Below, piece after piece: positions 1-16,951 of a stretch of 64,000 bases of DNA. A program made the translations under genes and the position numbers. Below the pieces are notes generated by a model that was given only the letters and a program-made list of their open reading frames with translations, made no database searches and was not told the origin of the DNA. Every line of letters starts with the position of its first letter. The stretch's first letter is position 1. Source of the stretch: the human T2T-CHM13v2.0 reference genome, Homo sapiens; the NCBI RefSeq assembly GCF_009914755.1, contig NC_060946.1, one strand, 5' to 3'.

Positions 1-93
1 GCTGGGATTACAGGTGTGAGCCGCCGCACCTGGCCCAAATTTTTATTTTTATATTTATTTGCTTCAATTTTCCTACCTCTAGAATGGAGCTTA

Positions 94-464
<371 letters not shown>

Positions 465-478
465 TTAGAAGCAGCTTA

Positions 479-1062
<584 letters not shown>

Positions 1063-1336
1063 TAACATGCATTTACAGTTTATCTTCTGTTTGTACTTTA
1101 ATATCATGCTCCTTTCAGCTTTGGGTATAAGAAGTCATTCGAATGAGCCTTATATTGAGTTCTGGTAGCTCACACTGACTGCTGAGGACTTCACCTTCCT
1201 AGACCCAGCTATAGCTTGCTTGGGGGAAGGGATGGTGTGAACACACAGCTGTCCTTTCTTTGACCCTTGGGATGGAGGCCAGTCTTTCTCAAAGGGCGTA
1301 GTATGGAGAAGCAGAGGTTAGGCTCAAGGGGACTGA

Positions 1337-1501
<165 letters not shown>

Positions 1502-2098
1502 TAGCAAGTGTGAAGAGTGGGAAGGAAATCAGTGTTTATCTTGAATAGCAGTTACCAAAGTGAAACTCATTTTTTTAGCTCCTAGAGAAAGGGATGTATT
1601 CCACCAATGGCAAATTCACTGCTTATCTCCAACAGGACTCTTTACATTGGTTTTTGAGATAAGCGCTGCCTCCCTGTTTCCTGTAACTATTGTTTTTCAG
1701 ACCTCATTATTTTCTTCTTCCAGTTGAGTGGAGAACATAGAACTCTCTCCTTAGCCTCCAACAAGACCCTAGGCCAAGCTATTCAGGAAATAATATAAAA
1801 TGAAAAATTAAAAAATGTGTCAAGAGCCCAACACAGGTTGAAAAGACAATGAATGGTTAAAAAGCAATAGATGAGTCAGTAGATATTTCTTGGCACCTAA
1901 TATGTGTGCCAGGGAAAGCCTGTCCTAGACTTCACTGTCTCCCACTAGACTAGTCCAGCCGACTGTGTTGTCTCCAAACATCACCAGCCTGGTATCTGAT
2001 GGCCACTTCATGTTAGTCATGGTAAAAACAAAGCCCCTTGTTCTTGCTTTGGTAATCCTCTCATTACACCTTCTCCAGTATCCTGTCATCTCCTTATT

Positions 2099-2123
2099 AT
2101 ATATATATATATATATATATATA
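2099..2123. repeat. (TA)n microsatellite
   Basis: Direct dinucleotide run. Confidence 0.9.
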
Positions 2124-2814
2124 CTTACATATACTCATACAACCACAGGACTATTTAGCCTCTCACACCCACGATGGCCCCAGCTTACCTTAGACCTTCG
2201 TCTAAGGTCTACCCCTTCACAGACCTAGCTCAGGTGCTTAGCAAAGACTGTGGAATGAAGGCAAGGGTGGCTGATTTCCTCCTTCCACTAACAGTGGGTG
2301 GTGCAGATTCAGGGCAGAAGGTAGAGAGTGCAGCAGTCAATGGGAAAGGGCCTTGATGTACGAAGTAGACAGGCCTTATCCACTCCCACCTCCACCAGCA
2401 TCTGGCTGAGGAACCATGAGCAATTCTGGAACTGGTGAGCCTCCATTTTCTTACCCCTCACGGGGAAGCTGGGAGGGTTCTCTGATGTTCTGGAGAGCCC
2501 GGTGATGCACCTAGTGAGCCCTCAGTAGACAGCAGTCACCAGGGGGGACCCTGCTAACTCACGAGTTTCTAAGTAGCTCTTACCCTGCTTGCCCTGCTGG
2601 CAGGATGTCACTCAGAACGTGGCCTTTATTTGTTAAATCTGCTTTTTTCCTTCACTGCATCCTCCTCCTGATCCCCCTCAGTCCAGATCCTGGTCTATCT
2701 TCCCAGGAACTATTGTACTTTCCTCCTCAGCCAGCTTTTTCTACCACAGATACCCTCACCTGTTTTCTGACCAGTCCTCTGCATCATTGTACCAGTGTGC
2801 TGCAGTGTGCTCCT

Positions 2815-3880
2815 TACCTAAACCCCCAACCTTCCACACCTAAACCCCCACCTTCTGTACCTCTACGTTCCACACCTAACCCCCCTCCACCTTCCACACC
2901 TAACCCCCCTCCACCTTCCACACCTAACCCCCCTCCACCTTCCACACCTAAACCCCCCTACGTTCCACACCTAAACCCCCCCACCTTCCACACGTAAACC
3001 CCCTCCACCTTCCACACGTAAACCCCCGCCTTCCACACCTATTCCCCCCACCTTCCACACCTAAACCCCCCCACCTTCCATACCTAAACCCTCCCACCTT
3101 CCACACCTAAACCCCCACCTTCCACACCTAAACCCCCTTATCTTCCACACCTAAACCCCCACCTTCCACACCTATTCCCTCAACCTTCCATACCTAAACC
3201 CCCCCCACCTTCGACACCTAAACCCCGCTACCTTCCACACCTAAACTCCCACCTTCTATACCTCCACTTTCCACACCTAAACCCCCCTACCTTCCATACC
3301 TAAACCCCCCACCTTCCACATCTAAATCCCCCACCTTCCACACCTAAACCCCCACCTTCTGTACCTCCACCTTCCACACCTAAACCTTCTATACCACCTT
3401 CTATACCTCCATCTTCCACACCTAAACCCCCCACCTTCTACACCTAAACCCCCCACCTTCCACAACTAAACCCCCCACCTTCCACACCTAACCCCCCTCC
3501 ACCTTCCACACCTAAATCCCCCTACCTTCCACACCTAACCCCCCCAACTTTCCACACCTAAACCCCCCACCTTCCACACCTAAACCCCCTCACCTTCCAC
3601 ACCTAAACTCCCCCACCTTCCTCACCTAAACCCTTCCACCTTCCACACCTACCCTCCCCCCATCTTTCACACCTACCCTCCCCCCACCTTCCACACCTAA
3701 ACCCCCCCTTATACATGTAAACTCCCTCACCTTCCACACCTAAACCCCCCACCTTCCACACCTAAAGCCCCCCACCTTCCACAACTAAACCCCTCCACCT
3801 TCCACACCTAAGCCCCCCCACCTTCCACACCTAACCTCTCCCACCTTTCACACTTAAACCTCTCCCCTGTTCCACACCTG
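2815..3880 (+). repeat. C-rich minisatellite/VNTR, unit ~21-22 bp CCTTCCACACCTAAACCCCCCA, roughly 45-50 copies, DEPDC5 intron
   Basis: Visible tandem array with variable C-run length and interspersed CCTTCT(G/A)TACCTC variant units. Confidence 0.95.
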
Positions 3881-4163
3881 TCAGAATCTTCCTCCAGGGA
3901 TTCCCAAATGTTTCCTCTCTGAATTCCTCTTTCCCTTTCTTTCAAAACACTCTGAATGTATTCCAGTGACTTGGGGGCCCTTGGAGGGCAGGGGTATGCT
4001 TTTTCCTATTTGTGTTTCCTTCTATAATGCCTAGCAAGGTGCCTGCCTAGAGTAGTTTCATATGTAGCTTTTGCATAGGGTGGAGCTTTAAGTGCAACTG
4101 TGGCTCTAAATGACACATCAGCCCACCCATAAGGTCCATCTCAGAAAGAGCTAAAAAAGTGTC

Positions 4164-4340
4164 CATCTTCCTCAGCCCCTAGGCTGTGACCTACAGCTCC
4201 TCCTTCATCTTCCTCAGCCCCTAGGCTGTGACCTACAGCTCCTCCTTCATCTTCCTCAGCCCCTAGGCTGTGACCTACCGCTCCTCCTTCATCTTCCTCA
4301 GCCCCTAGGCTGTGACCTACAGCTCCTCCTTCATCTTCCT
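4164..4340 (+). repeat. 42-bp tandem repeat x4.2 (CATCTTCCTCAGCCCCTAGGCTGTGACCTACAGCTCCTCCTT)
   Basis: Units start at 4164, 4206, 4248, 4290 and 4332 (partial); one A>C difference in unit 3. Confidence 0.95.
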
Positions 4341-4575
4341 TGGGGCAGGTGGAGATGATTATATCCCCTCCCCTGCCCTTACTGCGTTTCTGTCTTGCAT
4401 TCTCCCTGAGTGGACAGTCAGGTGGCCAGGAACCATGTGGTTAAATTGCCTTTTTGTTCTTTCCTGGTGACCTAAGGAAGAAATGAGGTAAAAAAAAATT
4501 ACTCTGGTAAAAAAAAATCAGGCTGATCCATGCTGAGGAAATCAGTAGCCTTAATTAGAAAGTAGAGAGAAAGCA

Positions 4576-4850
4576 GGCTGGGTGTGGTGGCTCACGCCTG
4601 TAATCCCAGCAGTTTGGGAGGCCGAAGCAGGCGGATCACCTGAGGTCAGCAGTTCAAGACCAGCCTGGCCAAAATGGTGAAACCCCGTCTCTACTAAAAA
4701 TACAAAAATTAACTGGTCATGGTGGCGCGTGCCTGTAATCCTAGCTACTTGGGAGGCTGGAAGCACAAGAATTGCTTGAACCCGGGAGGTGGAGGTTGCG
4801 GTGAGCCAAGATTGTACCACTGCAGTCCAGCCTGGATGACAGAGCAAGAG
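4576..4850 (+). mobile_element. Alu
   Basis: Alu consensus. Confidence 0.9.
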
Positions 4851-5300
4851 TAGAGAGGATTTTGCAAAGGCAAAATCCAGAGCCAATCCTCATCATATAA
4901 TCAGCCTGTAGACAGGGAGCTTACAGTGCATAGTAGCCTACCCATTTAGTTTGCATATTTGACTTCATGTATTCTTTGGTAAAAAATTATGGAATGCAGA
5001 TTATGTAGAGGATACAACACAGCACCTCCCCAAGGAACTCAGTCCAGGAAAGAAGACAGGCATTTTCCCTTCTTTAGTTCTGCCTACATCACTGTCTCCA
5101 TTATATAAACCCCTCAGACTTAGAGGGCAGGAGCCACATCTGTTACCACGTCCTTTACAGCTCTTAGCAGGTAGAACTGTAATAAATGTGCCTTATGGAA
5201 ATAGAAAAACCAGGAATAGAACAAGCCATAGATGAAAAATGGCTCCTCCTGCCCATTTCCAGAGCACAGGGAAGCAGAGAGCCCCAGCTTGGCGTTCCTC

Positions 5301-5666
<366 letters not shown>

Positions 5667-6098
5667 TCAAGACATGAGGTAGATTCCAGTGAGAGGCCCA
5701 GGATGGGATGGGGGAGAACGCTCAGTGGGAAGGTCTGCTGGGATGGGTAGGGAACATGGTAGGAGGGACGGGCTGTCTGAGCAGAGATGAAGGCTGGATG
5801 AAGAGTGCAGCCGGTGGGAAGGCTTTCTTTCACTATGGTGGTAGTGACATGGTGGACCACGGAGATGACGGGCTGCTGGGTGTGAGGAGGTCTGGTAAAC
5901 CATGGTGTTGGAAGAGGTAGAGGTCAGAAAGTGGTGAGGGTGAGGACAAAAATAAGCAGCCTGCATGTGCAATCTGGAAAGAGATCTTTCCAGATCTCTG
6001 TGTCTCAGGCTGTCCGAGAGTCCTATCAGCTACATTCTCTTCCCTTGCCCCTTTAACTAAGGAGGCGCTGATTAGCATGTCTTCCTGTCCTTCCCTAG

Positions 6099-6181
6099 GT
6101 TTGGGTTTGTACAAGATAAATATTCTGCCTCTGCTTTTAACTTCCCTGCTGAGAACAAGCCTCAGTATATCCACGTTACAG
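6099..6181 (+). CDS. DEPDC5: DEPDC5 penultimate coding exon, (R)[27 protein letters not shown](G)
   Basis: Acceptor cttccctag|, donor ACAG|gtgagg; 83 nt; frame consistent with both neighbouring exons. Confidence 0.95.
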
Positions 6182-6319
6182 GTGAGGAGCTACGGGCAGA
6201 GTTGGGCAGGTGGGTCCACATCCCTTTCCTTGCACCAAGCCTATGGCTGCAGAACCACCTCAGCAGGCTCCAGGAGCCCTCCTGGTGGCTGCCACACAGG
6301 CGCTCCCCTTTCTCTTCAG

Positions 6320-6612
6320 GAACAGTGTTTCTGCAGCTGCCCTACTCCAAGCGCAAGTTCTCAGGGCAGCAGCGGCGGCGGCGGAACTCCACCAGCTCCA
6401 CCAACCAGAACATGTTCTGCGAGGAGCGGGTCGGCTACAACTGGGCCTACAACACCATGCTCACCAAAACATGGCGCTCCAGCGCCACAGGGGATGAAAA
6501 GTTTGCTGATCGGCTGCTGAAGGACTTCACGGACTTCTGCATCAACCGTGACAACCGGCTGGTCACGTTCTGGACAAGTTGCCTGGAGAAGATGCATGCC
6601 AGTGCCCCGTGA
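6320..6612 (+). CDS. DEPDC5: DEPDC5 last coding exon, (G)[13 protein letters not shown]...[10 protein letters not shown]
   Basis: Acceptor ccctttctcttcag|; 3' part of ORF 6202..6612; TGA at 6610-6612; recalled DEPDC5 C-terminus. Confidence 0.95.
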
Positions 6613-6740
6613 GGCCAGGCTGCACCTGTGCTGGGGGAAGGTGGGTGAGCCACTGCCCTCAAACCCGGGGCGGAGGATTCCAGGCAGGCTCTAGGAGTCA
6701 GGTGTCCGTTTGCTGCTATCAGTGAGTGGGGGCCATTGTT

Positions 6741-6775
6741 TTTTGTTTGTTTGTTTGTTTGTTTGTTTGTTTTTG
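6741..6775 (+). repeat. (TTTG)n microsatellite in the DEPDC5 3' UTR
   Basis: Direct tetranucleotide run. Confidence 0.9.
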
Positions 6776-7107
6776 GCCCCCACGACAAGTCTTCTACTCT
6801 AGAAGAAAGACTTTGGAAGCAGCTGCTGCTGCTGCCACCACTCCTGTCAGCAAGTGCTCAGAGCAGGTGGGAGGCACAGATTGTCCGTGGGAGGGCTCCA
6901 GTGTCTGGGAAGAGGGCAGGCGGCCCCCATGAATGTCCTCGGAAGGGGGTGGCTCCTGGTAGCATCCTTTTCCTTCACCATCTATGGGATATTAGGGGCA
7001 GAATCTGCCACTTCTTGCCCAGGAGTGTGCACAGATGTAAGATAATTTTGTGAAATAATGTACCATAGACTCTCACCAACTGTATATACCTGTACATATC
7101 AGAAGCA

Positions 7108-7113
7108 AATAAA
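7108..7113 (+). terminator. DEPDC5: DEPDC5 polyadenylation signal AATAAA (3' UTR ~6613-7130)
   Basis: AATAAA preceded by several TGTA (CFIm-type) motifs at ~7037, 7059, 7081 and 7091; CA and a pyrimidine-rich stretch follow. Confidence 0.8.
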
Positions 7114-7479
7114 GAGCTCCACGTGCATCATTTCTTTCCCCACCCAGTTCCCCACAGAAGCAGTCCCATCCTGGGCTGGGCAGTTGTGCCAGGTGGCCGG
7201 GGTCATGGCAGTCAATGAAGTGGTCACAGATGGTGAGAGGGCTTCAGAATTCACTGGCTTAGAGTCTGGCTGGGAGTTTATTGAGAGATTTCTTTCATAG
7301 GCCACTGGGCAGGAGCAAGGATGGTTCCAGTGAGGACAGTGAGCAGGCAGTATAACTTACAAGGTAACTGCAGGCTCATGCTGTCAGAATGAATCTTGCT
7401 AAATGGGTGAGCTCAGCTCTGGGACGCAGATATGATGGCATTCTGAAAAAAATCAAAGGAAACATTTTGTAGACTCTAA

Positions 7480-7822
<343 letters not shown>

Positions 7823-8515
7823 TAAGACTCAGCTTGGTGCTTCACCTCAGCACCCTGCCTTAAGCTACTCAGGGCAGTTCAGGAGCTGTGGGTCAGAGGG
7901 GAGAATCCGACAGTGACTGCCACTTCTTGCTGTGCCATCTCACCACGTGGAGTTCATCACAAGCTCTGTTGATTTGCCTCCTCAATGGCTTTGCATCCAT
8001 TCTCTTCTTCCCAGGCCCTGAGCTGCCACTCAGTCCAGCCTTCCTTTGTCTTTCTCTTAGATCCCCAGGAAAACCTTCTAATTTGTCTCTGCTTTCACTC
8101 CACTTGTCAGTCAGTCTTTTTATAAAACCACTGTGATTTTGCCCACCACTTAACTAGAACTTTTTGGTGACTTGAACTTCAAAAATCTTAGATGCAGCCC
8201 ACATGGTCCTGCACAGTCTGGTCTGGTGGGCTGTTTGTACAGCCACCCTGGCCATCACACAGTCCCTGGAACATCACAAACTCTGCACCAGCTCAGACGC
8301 TTTGCACATGCTGTTCCCTCTGTTCCATCTGCCTGGAACATGCCTCCCTCCATGCCCGCTCTGTCTCACTAACTCCTGGTGGTCAGCCATCAGCTCTTAG
8401 CTCAACTGTCACTTCTCCAGAGAAGCAGAGTTGGCCCTGTTACATCCTCCCACAGCACTTTGTACTTCTCCAGCATGGTACTCAACATGTTTACACTCTA
8501 CCATGGCAGAAGCTT

Positions 8516-9261
8516 CTTTTTTTTTCTTTCTTTCTTTTTTTTTTTTTTTTTTTTTTGAGACATAGTCCGGCTCTGTCACCCAGGCTGGAATACAGTGGTG
8601 CGATCTCAGGCTCACTGCAAGCTCCGCCTCCAGGTTCATGCCATTCTCCTGCCTCAGCCTCCCGAGTAGCTGGGACTATAGGCGCCCGCCACCATGCCCG
8701 GCTAATTTTTTGTATTTTTAGTAGAGACGGGGTTTCACCGTGTTAGCCAGGATGGTCTCGATCTCTTGACCTTGTGATCCACCCGCCTCGGCCTTCCAAA
8801 GTGCTGGGATTACAGGCGTGAGCCACCGTGCCCAGCCAAAGCTTCTCTATTTTGTTCATCTTTTTGTTCCCAAGTGTACATGATAATAGTAGATGTTGGA
8901 GAAATGGTTGTTGACTGAATGTATAGTAACTGAATGAACTTTGGATTCCAGGGCTGGGAACTGGATATTTTTTTTTTTTTTTTTTTAGAGACGGAGTCTT
9001 CCTCTGTCACCCAGGCTGGAGTGCAGTGGCTCACTGCAGCCTTCGCCTCCGGTTCAAGGTTCAAGCGATTCTCCTGCCTCAGCCTCCTGAGTAACTGGGA
9101 CTACAGGCGCACATCACCACGCCTGGTTAATTTTTGTATTTTTAGTAGAGATGGGGTTTCACCGTGTTGGCCAGGATGGTCTCGATCCACTGACCTCATG
9201 ATCCACCCTCCTCGGCCTCCCAAAGTGCTGGGATTACAGGCGTGAGCCACCGCGCCTGGCC
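8516..9261 (-). mobile_element. Two Alus (AluY-like 8516-8838; AluS-like 8968-9261) in L2-like sequence
   Basis: Alu consensus; the first has AluY-diagnostic GCAAGCTCCGCC. Confidence 0.85.
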
Positions 9262-9554
9262 TGGGCACTGGATTTTACATCTGAGTCTCCACCTTCCTAG
9301 CTAGGCTCCTTAGTTACTTCACAGAACTTGAACTTATTTAGAACTTAAAACGTGGCTATGGATGCTGCATGTAATGATTTTGAGAGAATAGGTTTGTTAA
9401 TATATGTGAAAGAGCCCTGGATAATTCCTGGAAATGGAGCAGGCCTTTGATAAAAACCTGTTTTCTTTTCCTTTTTCACCTTCCCTTTTCTAAGATATGT
9501 AAATCCCCTCATCTATGAAATGGGAAGCTATCTCCTTGGGTGGTTGGAGAATCA

Positions 9555-10182
<628 letters not shown>

Positions 10183-10788
10183 GGCCACGTATATGAAAGG
10201 TCTTACAAAAAGACAGTAAGCAAATGTCTGCTCTCAAACAGCTGAACAGCTGCTCTCACATTCCTGGATGGGAGTCTCCATTGTGCTCTCAAGCCATTGA
10301 GTGATGGTGCTGGACACAGCAAACGCTGGCCTGTTCAGATCACATACGAACTGAACAATCACTTGTGATCCTCAGTGTCCTGTGTGTGAGGCCAAAACTG
10401 CCCCTGCAATTGCCCAGCAGAAGGCCCACAGAATGATTTGGTGGAAGAAGGGGCGGCTGGTGCGTTAGGATGCTGGGTCACTCCCCCATCAGAGCGGGAC
10501 CTCAAACTTTCCTGCCCATGAGCCCCAGTCTCCTTGCTGCCTACTTTCCTGATTCCTCCTCTCTCTGGTGGGCATCTCCTTCCACCCACTTGTCCAAGCC
10601 AGAATCTGGTAGTCAAACCCAGTGCCTTCCTCCTCCATCATCCTCCAGTCCTCCCATCCATTCATCCTGTCTCTTAGACTCATCCACCTTTTTGTAGGTA
10701 CAAAGCTCAGCCCACAGGGAATCTGTGGGTTTGGTCAGACATGGAGGACGTGTGCATGCCGATCAGAAGCCTATCACCAGATTATACA

Positions 10789-11518
<730 letters not shown>

Positions 11519-11685
11519 GAAGGGATACATGATGTATGCCAGAGACACTGCGCAAATCTGTGAGGCCTTGCTGAAGCAGATAGCGAATACTGGGAGGGAA
11601 TGCTGAATAGAAGCCATTTTACAGGCCTCTTCAGTTACCCAGAAAAGTTCAGAAAAACACAGAATAACAATGGTCACTCCATTGA

Positions 11686-12032
<347 letters not shown>

Positions 12033-12935
12033 TCATTGTATAATCTTATCAACATACCAGCTGAGGGGTGGAAGGCCCCAGGAAGTAGGGTCCACGCCCA
12101 TACGCTAACAAACAGCTGGACTGGGAATCAGGTTCATGGGAATCAGCCCAGTCACCACCAACTGTGCTGCCCTCTTCACCTTTTTGTGGTGCTGTATCAA
12201 TGAGATGCCACCCACTGCTCCATCCTGGGTTCCTGCCTGGGGACCCCTTCGTTCCTTTCAACTGACTGCCTTACGTGTATGGTGAATCTCTGCATGGGTA
12301 CAGATGCAGTGTAACATGTAGACATGGCCTCATATACAGGTTCTCTGGTAGGGAATGGGCAGTGACTCAGTGACTTTGAGGCAGGACCAGTGGCCTTTCC
12401 TCCCTGCCAGGCTTCTATCTGGAAGGCACTGTGTGTGCCCTCTCTTCTGGTCTGCAGCTGTGGCTTCAGCCTGCAAGTGCTTCAGGCAGCTCCTGGCCTT
12501 CAGACTGTGCCACACACTTGCCCTAAACCTGGCCTGAAATGCCTGGGATGTAGCATTTGCATGTAGCAAAAGCTGGTGCCGAGTACTGAGTCCTACCAGC
12601 CTTCAGATTTGACCTCCATCTGCTTCTCTGGCTGCAGCAAGATTCCTGTTTCCTCAGTGAATCAGCACATAGTCCTTCCAACAAGAAAATCTCTTTTCCC
12701 ATGGGGATGAGGGGAGATGGGGAATTGCTATGCAATCTCTGGAAAAGTCTTTTCTCCCTGAGCCCCAGAATTTTCATCTGAACTCATCTGGGAGAAACAT
12801 TGGGGACCATAAGATTATATATAGACTTTTTCCTTTCTCAACCAACAGGATGGATGAGTGCTGAGGGGGGAATTCCAGTCTGTTTCAGTCCCACAGTTGC
12901 CACTGGAACGCAATTTCTTGCCTCTTCTCTGTGCT

Positions 12936-14099
<1,164 letters not shown>

Positions 14100-14100
14100 T

Positions 14101-14202
14101 CTAGTGAGTACTTCTAAAAAACCTACAATGCTCAGGATAGACCTTACAGCAAAGAATTATCCAGCCTCCAATGTCAATCGTGTCAGCTTCAGACACCATG
14201 AA
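14101..14202 (+). mobile_element. MER20-like DNA transposon fragment
   Basis: CCTACAATGC..CAGGA...AAAGAATTATCCAGCC..AATGTCAAT resembles the recalled MER20 3' half. Confidence 0.6.
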
Positions 14203-14755
14203 CTAGACTGTGGTCAGGTAAGAGGCTTAGACGGGGGGACTCCCTCCCTCCTGTGACTTTGGAAGAAGAGGCACCTGTCACTTGCCCCTTCCTGTGATCT
14301 GAATCCAATGGCAGCCCCATCGTCAATCTATAGGAATTACTCTTGCTGGGTTCCAAGGCCAGAGTGGCTAAGAAGCCTGCTTAGAGGCTTCCAGCAAGTT
14401 ACGGGCAGCACCAGATTAGAATGCTGGCCATATTGAGTGCTCACTTGCTGGGACATGGCTTCTGTGTTTCCTTCCACTTTCCTTGTTCACGTACCTTGCC
14501 TCTCCCATCGAATGTAAGCTCTTTGGAGGCAGAGAACACATCTTGCTCATCCTTGTATCCTCCACAGCAAGCACCCATCACACATTTGGTGCTTATTTAG
14601 AATTTATTGAATTCATTCATTCAGCCAACATTTATGCAAGGTTGAACCAACGTGGGCCTTGCCCTCCTCGTGGAGGGAAGCAGACATGCAAAGCAGCCAC
14701 CATAGCCCTCTAGAAGAGGTCTCAGATTGGCTATCTGTAATGCAGTACAGAAACT

Positions 14756-15494
<739 letters not shown>

Positions 15495-16071
15495 CTAGCA
15501 GGTGAGGAGGATGGGGTGGGGAAGGGGATGCTGGAGGGCTGGGGGGTTTTGGCAACAGAACAGTCAGGAGAAGACGACTAAAAACTGAAAGGAAGAACTG
15601 CAGAGAGAGTTCCCCGACCTGCCTCACCCAGCCTGCCCTTTCAACAACTAGAGGTGAGTGCTGGCAAGTCCCTGGGTGCACACTGGAGCCAAAAAATGGC
15701 CCATTGTCTGGAAGCCCTGAGCCAGCCTGTCCCCTGGTGTCATGCCACACGAGGCCTTGCTCACCTGTCAGCCTTTGCTCTTCCTGGCCCCAGATGTAGG
15801 TAGAACAATGGCCTCTGAACACACCCAAGCTCCACGGTGGTAGCCGGTGTCTGATAAGACAAGTAGGGAAATGATCTCTTTCATGTTCCCTTTCTCCTCA
15901 GAATCAGAACGCTGCGCCCAGGTTCAACCTGCTGTTTCTTCACCAGGTGACCCTGCATAGGCTTTTGAAACCACCCTGACCCTCATCCGTCTAGCGACAA
16001 GATGGGAATCATCAAGACTTCGTTACGTAACTCAAGAAGTCGGTGTGAGAACCTGGGAGATAAGGGTTGTT

Positions 16072-16951
16072 GAGCTGGGCGCAATGGCTCATGCCTGTAA
16101 TTCCAGCACTTTAGGAGGCCAAAGCAGGCAGATCACTTGAGGCCAGGAATTCGAGACTAGCCTGGCCATCATGGCAAAACCCCGTCTCTACTCAAAATAC
16201 AAAAATTAGCCAGGTGTGGTGGTGCACGCCTGTAATCCCGGCTCCTCAGGAGGCTGAGGCTGAGAATCACTTGAACCCGGGAGGCGGAGGTTGCAGTGAG
16301 CCAAGATCGCACCACTGCACTCCAGCCTGGGTGACAGAGGGAGACTCTGTCTCAAAAAAAAAAAAAAAAGGGGGGGTGGTGGGGCAGCATTTTGAGAACT
16401 GAGTCTGAGGAAAAGCCACTGTTACTCTTGTCTGACAATAGTGCCAACTACCTGTGATCCTGAATAAGTCCATTCACCTCACTCGACCTCAAGTTTGAGG
16501 GTACAGTGATGACGGCGTTTCTCCAGCTTTCTTTGAGGGATCATGGTGAGGACCCGAGGCAGTCAGCTTTGCAAAGGTGTCTGAGCGGTGCAGGGTGCTC
16601 CCCCATTTTAAGGCAGTGCTGTAAATGCTCCCGTAACGGAGGCCAAACATTCTGGTTTTCTATTTTATTTTATTTTCAGACAGGGTCTTGCTCTATCACC
16701 CAGGCTGGAGTGCAGTGGCGTGATCACAGCGCACTACAACCTCTGCCTCCCAGGCTCAGTTGATCCTCTCACCACAGCTTCCCGAGTAGCTGGGACTACA
16801 GGCACATGCCACCACACCCCACTAATTTTTTGTAGAGACAGGGTCTCACTATGTTGTCCAGGCTGTCTCAAACTCTTGGGCTTAAGTGATCCACCCACCT
16901 TGGGCCTGCCAAAGTGCTGGAATTACAGGCATGAGCCACCATGCTCTGCCT
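16072..16951. mobile_element. Alu (+, 16072-16370) and Alu (-, 16660-16951)
   Basis: Alu consensus. Confidence 0.85.

Noticed and set aside
2605-2997. Extensin-like PSTPNPP repeat ORF
   Set aside because: By-product of the 21-bp minisatellite unit; the frame breaks as C-run length varies
2815-3880. Interstitial telomere or CRISPR-like array interpretation
   Set aside because: The unit has TTTAGGT, not tandem TTAGGG/TTTAGGG; there are no unique spacers; the context is eukaryotic
6077-6520. 147-aa overlapping ATG ORF across the DEPDC5 last exons
   Set aside because: It starts inside an intron acceptor tract, is low-complexity and Ser/Gly/Pro-rich, and has no promoter evidence
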